From a virus (Duplodnaviria; Caudoviricetes): a DNA stretch of 55,124 nt. The notes below the pieces were generated by a model, which was not told the DNA's origin, ran no database searches, and saw only the letters and a list, made by a program, of their open reading frames with translations. The stretch spans positions 1 to 55,124 of the IMG/VR virus record IMGVR_UViG_3300030104_000130. One strand, given 5' to 3'. Made by a program: the position numbers and the translations under genes. This document shows positions 53,584-55,124 of the stretch, one piece after another. Each line of letters starts with the position of its first letter. Position 1 is the first letter of the stretch.

Positions 53584-54986
53584 TATCCGTACTCCGCTAA
53601 ATTTTTAGTGCATAAGGCGTAGTAGCCTGTAGGTGGTGCATACTCGAATGTTCCATATCCGTTAGCATCACTTGCTGCACTTGATGGTGTGTTTGTTGTA
53701 TAGCCACCTATATTAAATGGATATTCTTGATTTGGAGCATAAGTTGCGGTTGCAAAAATATATTCTTTATCTAAAATTGAGAACCCATTAGTGCCATTAG
53801 CAGGATCAGCACTATTTACATAAGTGCCATTTACTGAAACATAACACTTGTTATTATCCATGTCTAAAGCAAAGCCAACTATATCATCTGTTGATAAACC
53901 GCCACTTACATAATTAGTATATCCAGTGTGGTAAAACAAATTACCATCAGAGAATTGAAAACCTATTGTGCCATCAGTTCCTTGTCCTAAATACGAAGCA
54001 CTATTAGTAGCTCCTATAATTGCATCTACTGGAGAAGCACCTATCATACAATTTTTTTGAGCTATTACTTTAGCTTCGTAATACCATTTACCATTATTAA
54101 CCGCTTGTGTGGCATGTGCTGTTATCCATTGAGTATTAACATTTCTTTTTATAACTGTTCCACCTTCTTTTGTAGTAACTGAATCGTTTGTTCCATTAAA
54201 AAATGTTCCATCACTAAGCCAAGTACAAAAATTATTAGTAGGTGTGTCAGTCGCTTGATCTGCGGCTGTGAGGTTTGTTTCTGCAAAGTCATTGCCATTA
54301 CCACTTTCATCATCACCTAAGTCTGAAGCATCTGCAAAATCTAAATAGAAGCCATTAGTTCCATAAGAGCCTGAATATTCTTTAGGAATCCAAATACCAG
54401 TATCACTATCAAACTCACCAAAACTATCAGAGGTTAATGCAGAGCCATCAACTGAATGAACTTCTGCCATGTAGCCACAAGACTGAAAAGTGGTTGAACC
54501 ATTTTGTCCACCTATTGATTGTGCAACAGTATTATTCCAATGTGTGCTATCACCACTGTCCATATTTTGATAAGTATTTAATTGATAATCTGTCTCTCTT
54601 ACACCATTGACATAAAACCTACCTCTATCTGCGGCAGTTCCATTGGTTGCATCACATACAACTACAAAATGATAAAAGGCGGCAGTATCCCTAAATACTC
54701 TATTGGTGGCTAAAAAGAAGTTTGTACCAGCACCACGATAGTTTATATACATTTTATCGTCATTCCCTAAATACATATAAGTATCTGAGGAGCCAAATAA
54801 CATTTGATATATGCCAAGTTCTGTAAACTTAAACCACATACTTACAGTCCAAGTTTGTCTATTACCAGCAGAGCTAGGTGTTCTTAAAAGTTCTTCTTGA
54901 TTGTCTGCTTCAAACTTACATGAAAAATCAATATCATATCCTGTAGATATGCTACCTCTATTGGCTGTACGTGCTAGTGATTCCAT
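53583..54986 (-). CDS. LamG plus SPRY-like tail receptor-binding protein, copy B
   Basis: Paralog of 1585-3021. Confidence 0.75.
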   Translation of the reverse strand: MESLARTANRGSISTGYDIDFSCKFEADNQEELLRTPSSAGNRQTWTVSMWFKFTELGIYQMLFGSSDTYMYLGNDDKMYINYRGAGTNFFLATNRVFRDTAAFYHFVVVCDATNGTAADRGRFYVNGVRETDYQLNTYQNMDSGDSTHWNNTVAQSIGGQNGSTTFQSCGYMAEVHSVDGSALTSDSFGEFDSDTGIWIPKEYSGSYGTNGFYLDFADASDLGDDESGNGNDFAETNLTAADQATDTPTNNFCTWLSDGTFFNGTNDSVTTKEGGTVIKRNVNTQWITAHATQAVNNGKWYYEAKVIAQKNCMIGASPVDAIIGATNSASYLGQGTDGTIGFQFSDGNLFYHTGYTNYVSGGLSTDDIVGFALDMDNNKCYVSVNGTYVNSADPANGTNGFSILDKEYIFATATYAPNQEYPFNIGGYTTNTPSSAASDANGYGTFEYAPPTGYYALCTKNLAEYG

Positions 54987-55124
54987 GTATTAAGTCTGTG
55001 CTAAGTTTTGTGTTCTTCCAATCTCTTGCCAAACACTACCATTGTATCTAAAGCTAAAGATATCAGTCTTATTAGCTGTAGCAGTCACGGTAGGTGCTGT
55101 TGAAGCTGCAAACTCAAATACAGT
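54964..55124. repeat. Terminal direct repeat / circular assembly overlap, copy 2
   Basis: 159/161 identity to 1-161. Confidence 0.95.

Noticed and set aside
52510-54986. Diversity-generating retroelement behind the tail-gene duplication
   Set aside because: No reverse transcriptase, and no adenine-specific template/variable repeat pair seen

Overview
The window looks like a complete, circularly permuted, AT-rich lytic podovirus-type phage genome of about 54.96 kb. Its ends overlap by 161 bp (1-161 = 54964-55124, 2 mismatches). It has two arms. The minus-strand late arm runs terS, terL, portal, scaffold, capsid, tail tube, tail fibres, ejection proteins, holin-like genes, exported proteins, iscU. 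The plus-strand arm carries early hypothetical genes and a T7-like replication module (SSB, primase-helicase, PolA, nucleases, class Ia RNR). I see no RNA polymerase, integrase, tRNA or stand-alone endolysin; transcription appears to use host sigma70 promoters, several with perfect consensus. Gene content suggests a marine phage of a proteobacterial host (inference). Three signals are not explained by the gene list. (1) A ~1.75 kb region (18052-19810) behind a perfect sigma70 promoter has many nested inverted repeats, including 14-20 bp perfect pairings over >1.1 kb, a 197-nt hairpin that buries a ribosome-binding site, and a terminator with a distant complementary segment; this suggests a large structured RNA. 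(2) A [RK]-x-x-[YFML]-x-x-G-G motif recurs in six late proteins, often at domain boundaries, and a stand-alone 'SDSIPARLSDGEFV' domain protein sits where a head protease gene usually lies; this suggests a virion protein processing or sorting system. (3) An exported module combines an Asn/Thr-rich protein, a NIDO-like acidic protein and a membrane-anchored coiled coil. All family names come from motif recognition by eye, not database searches.
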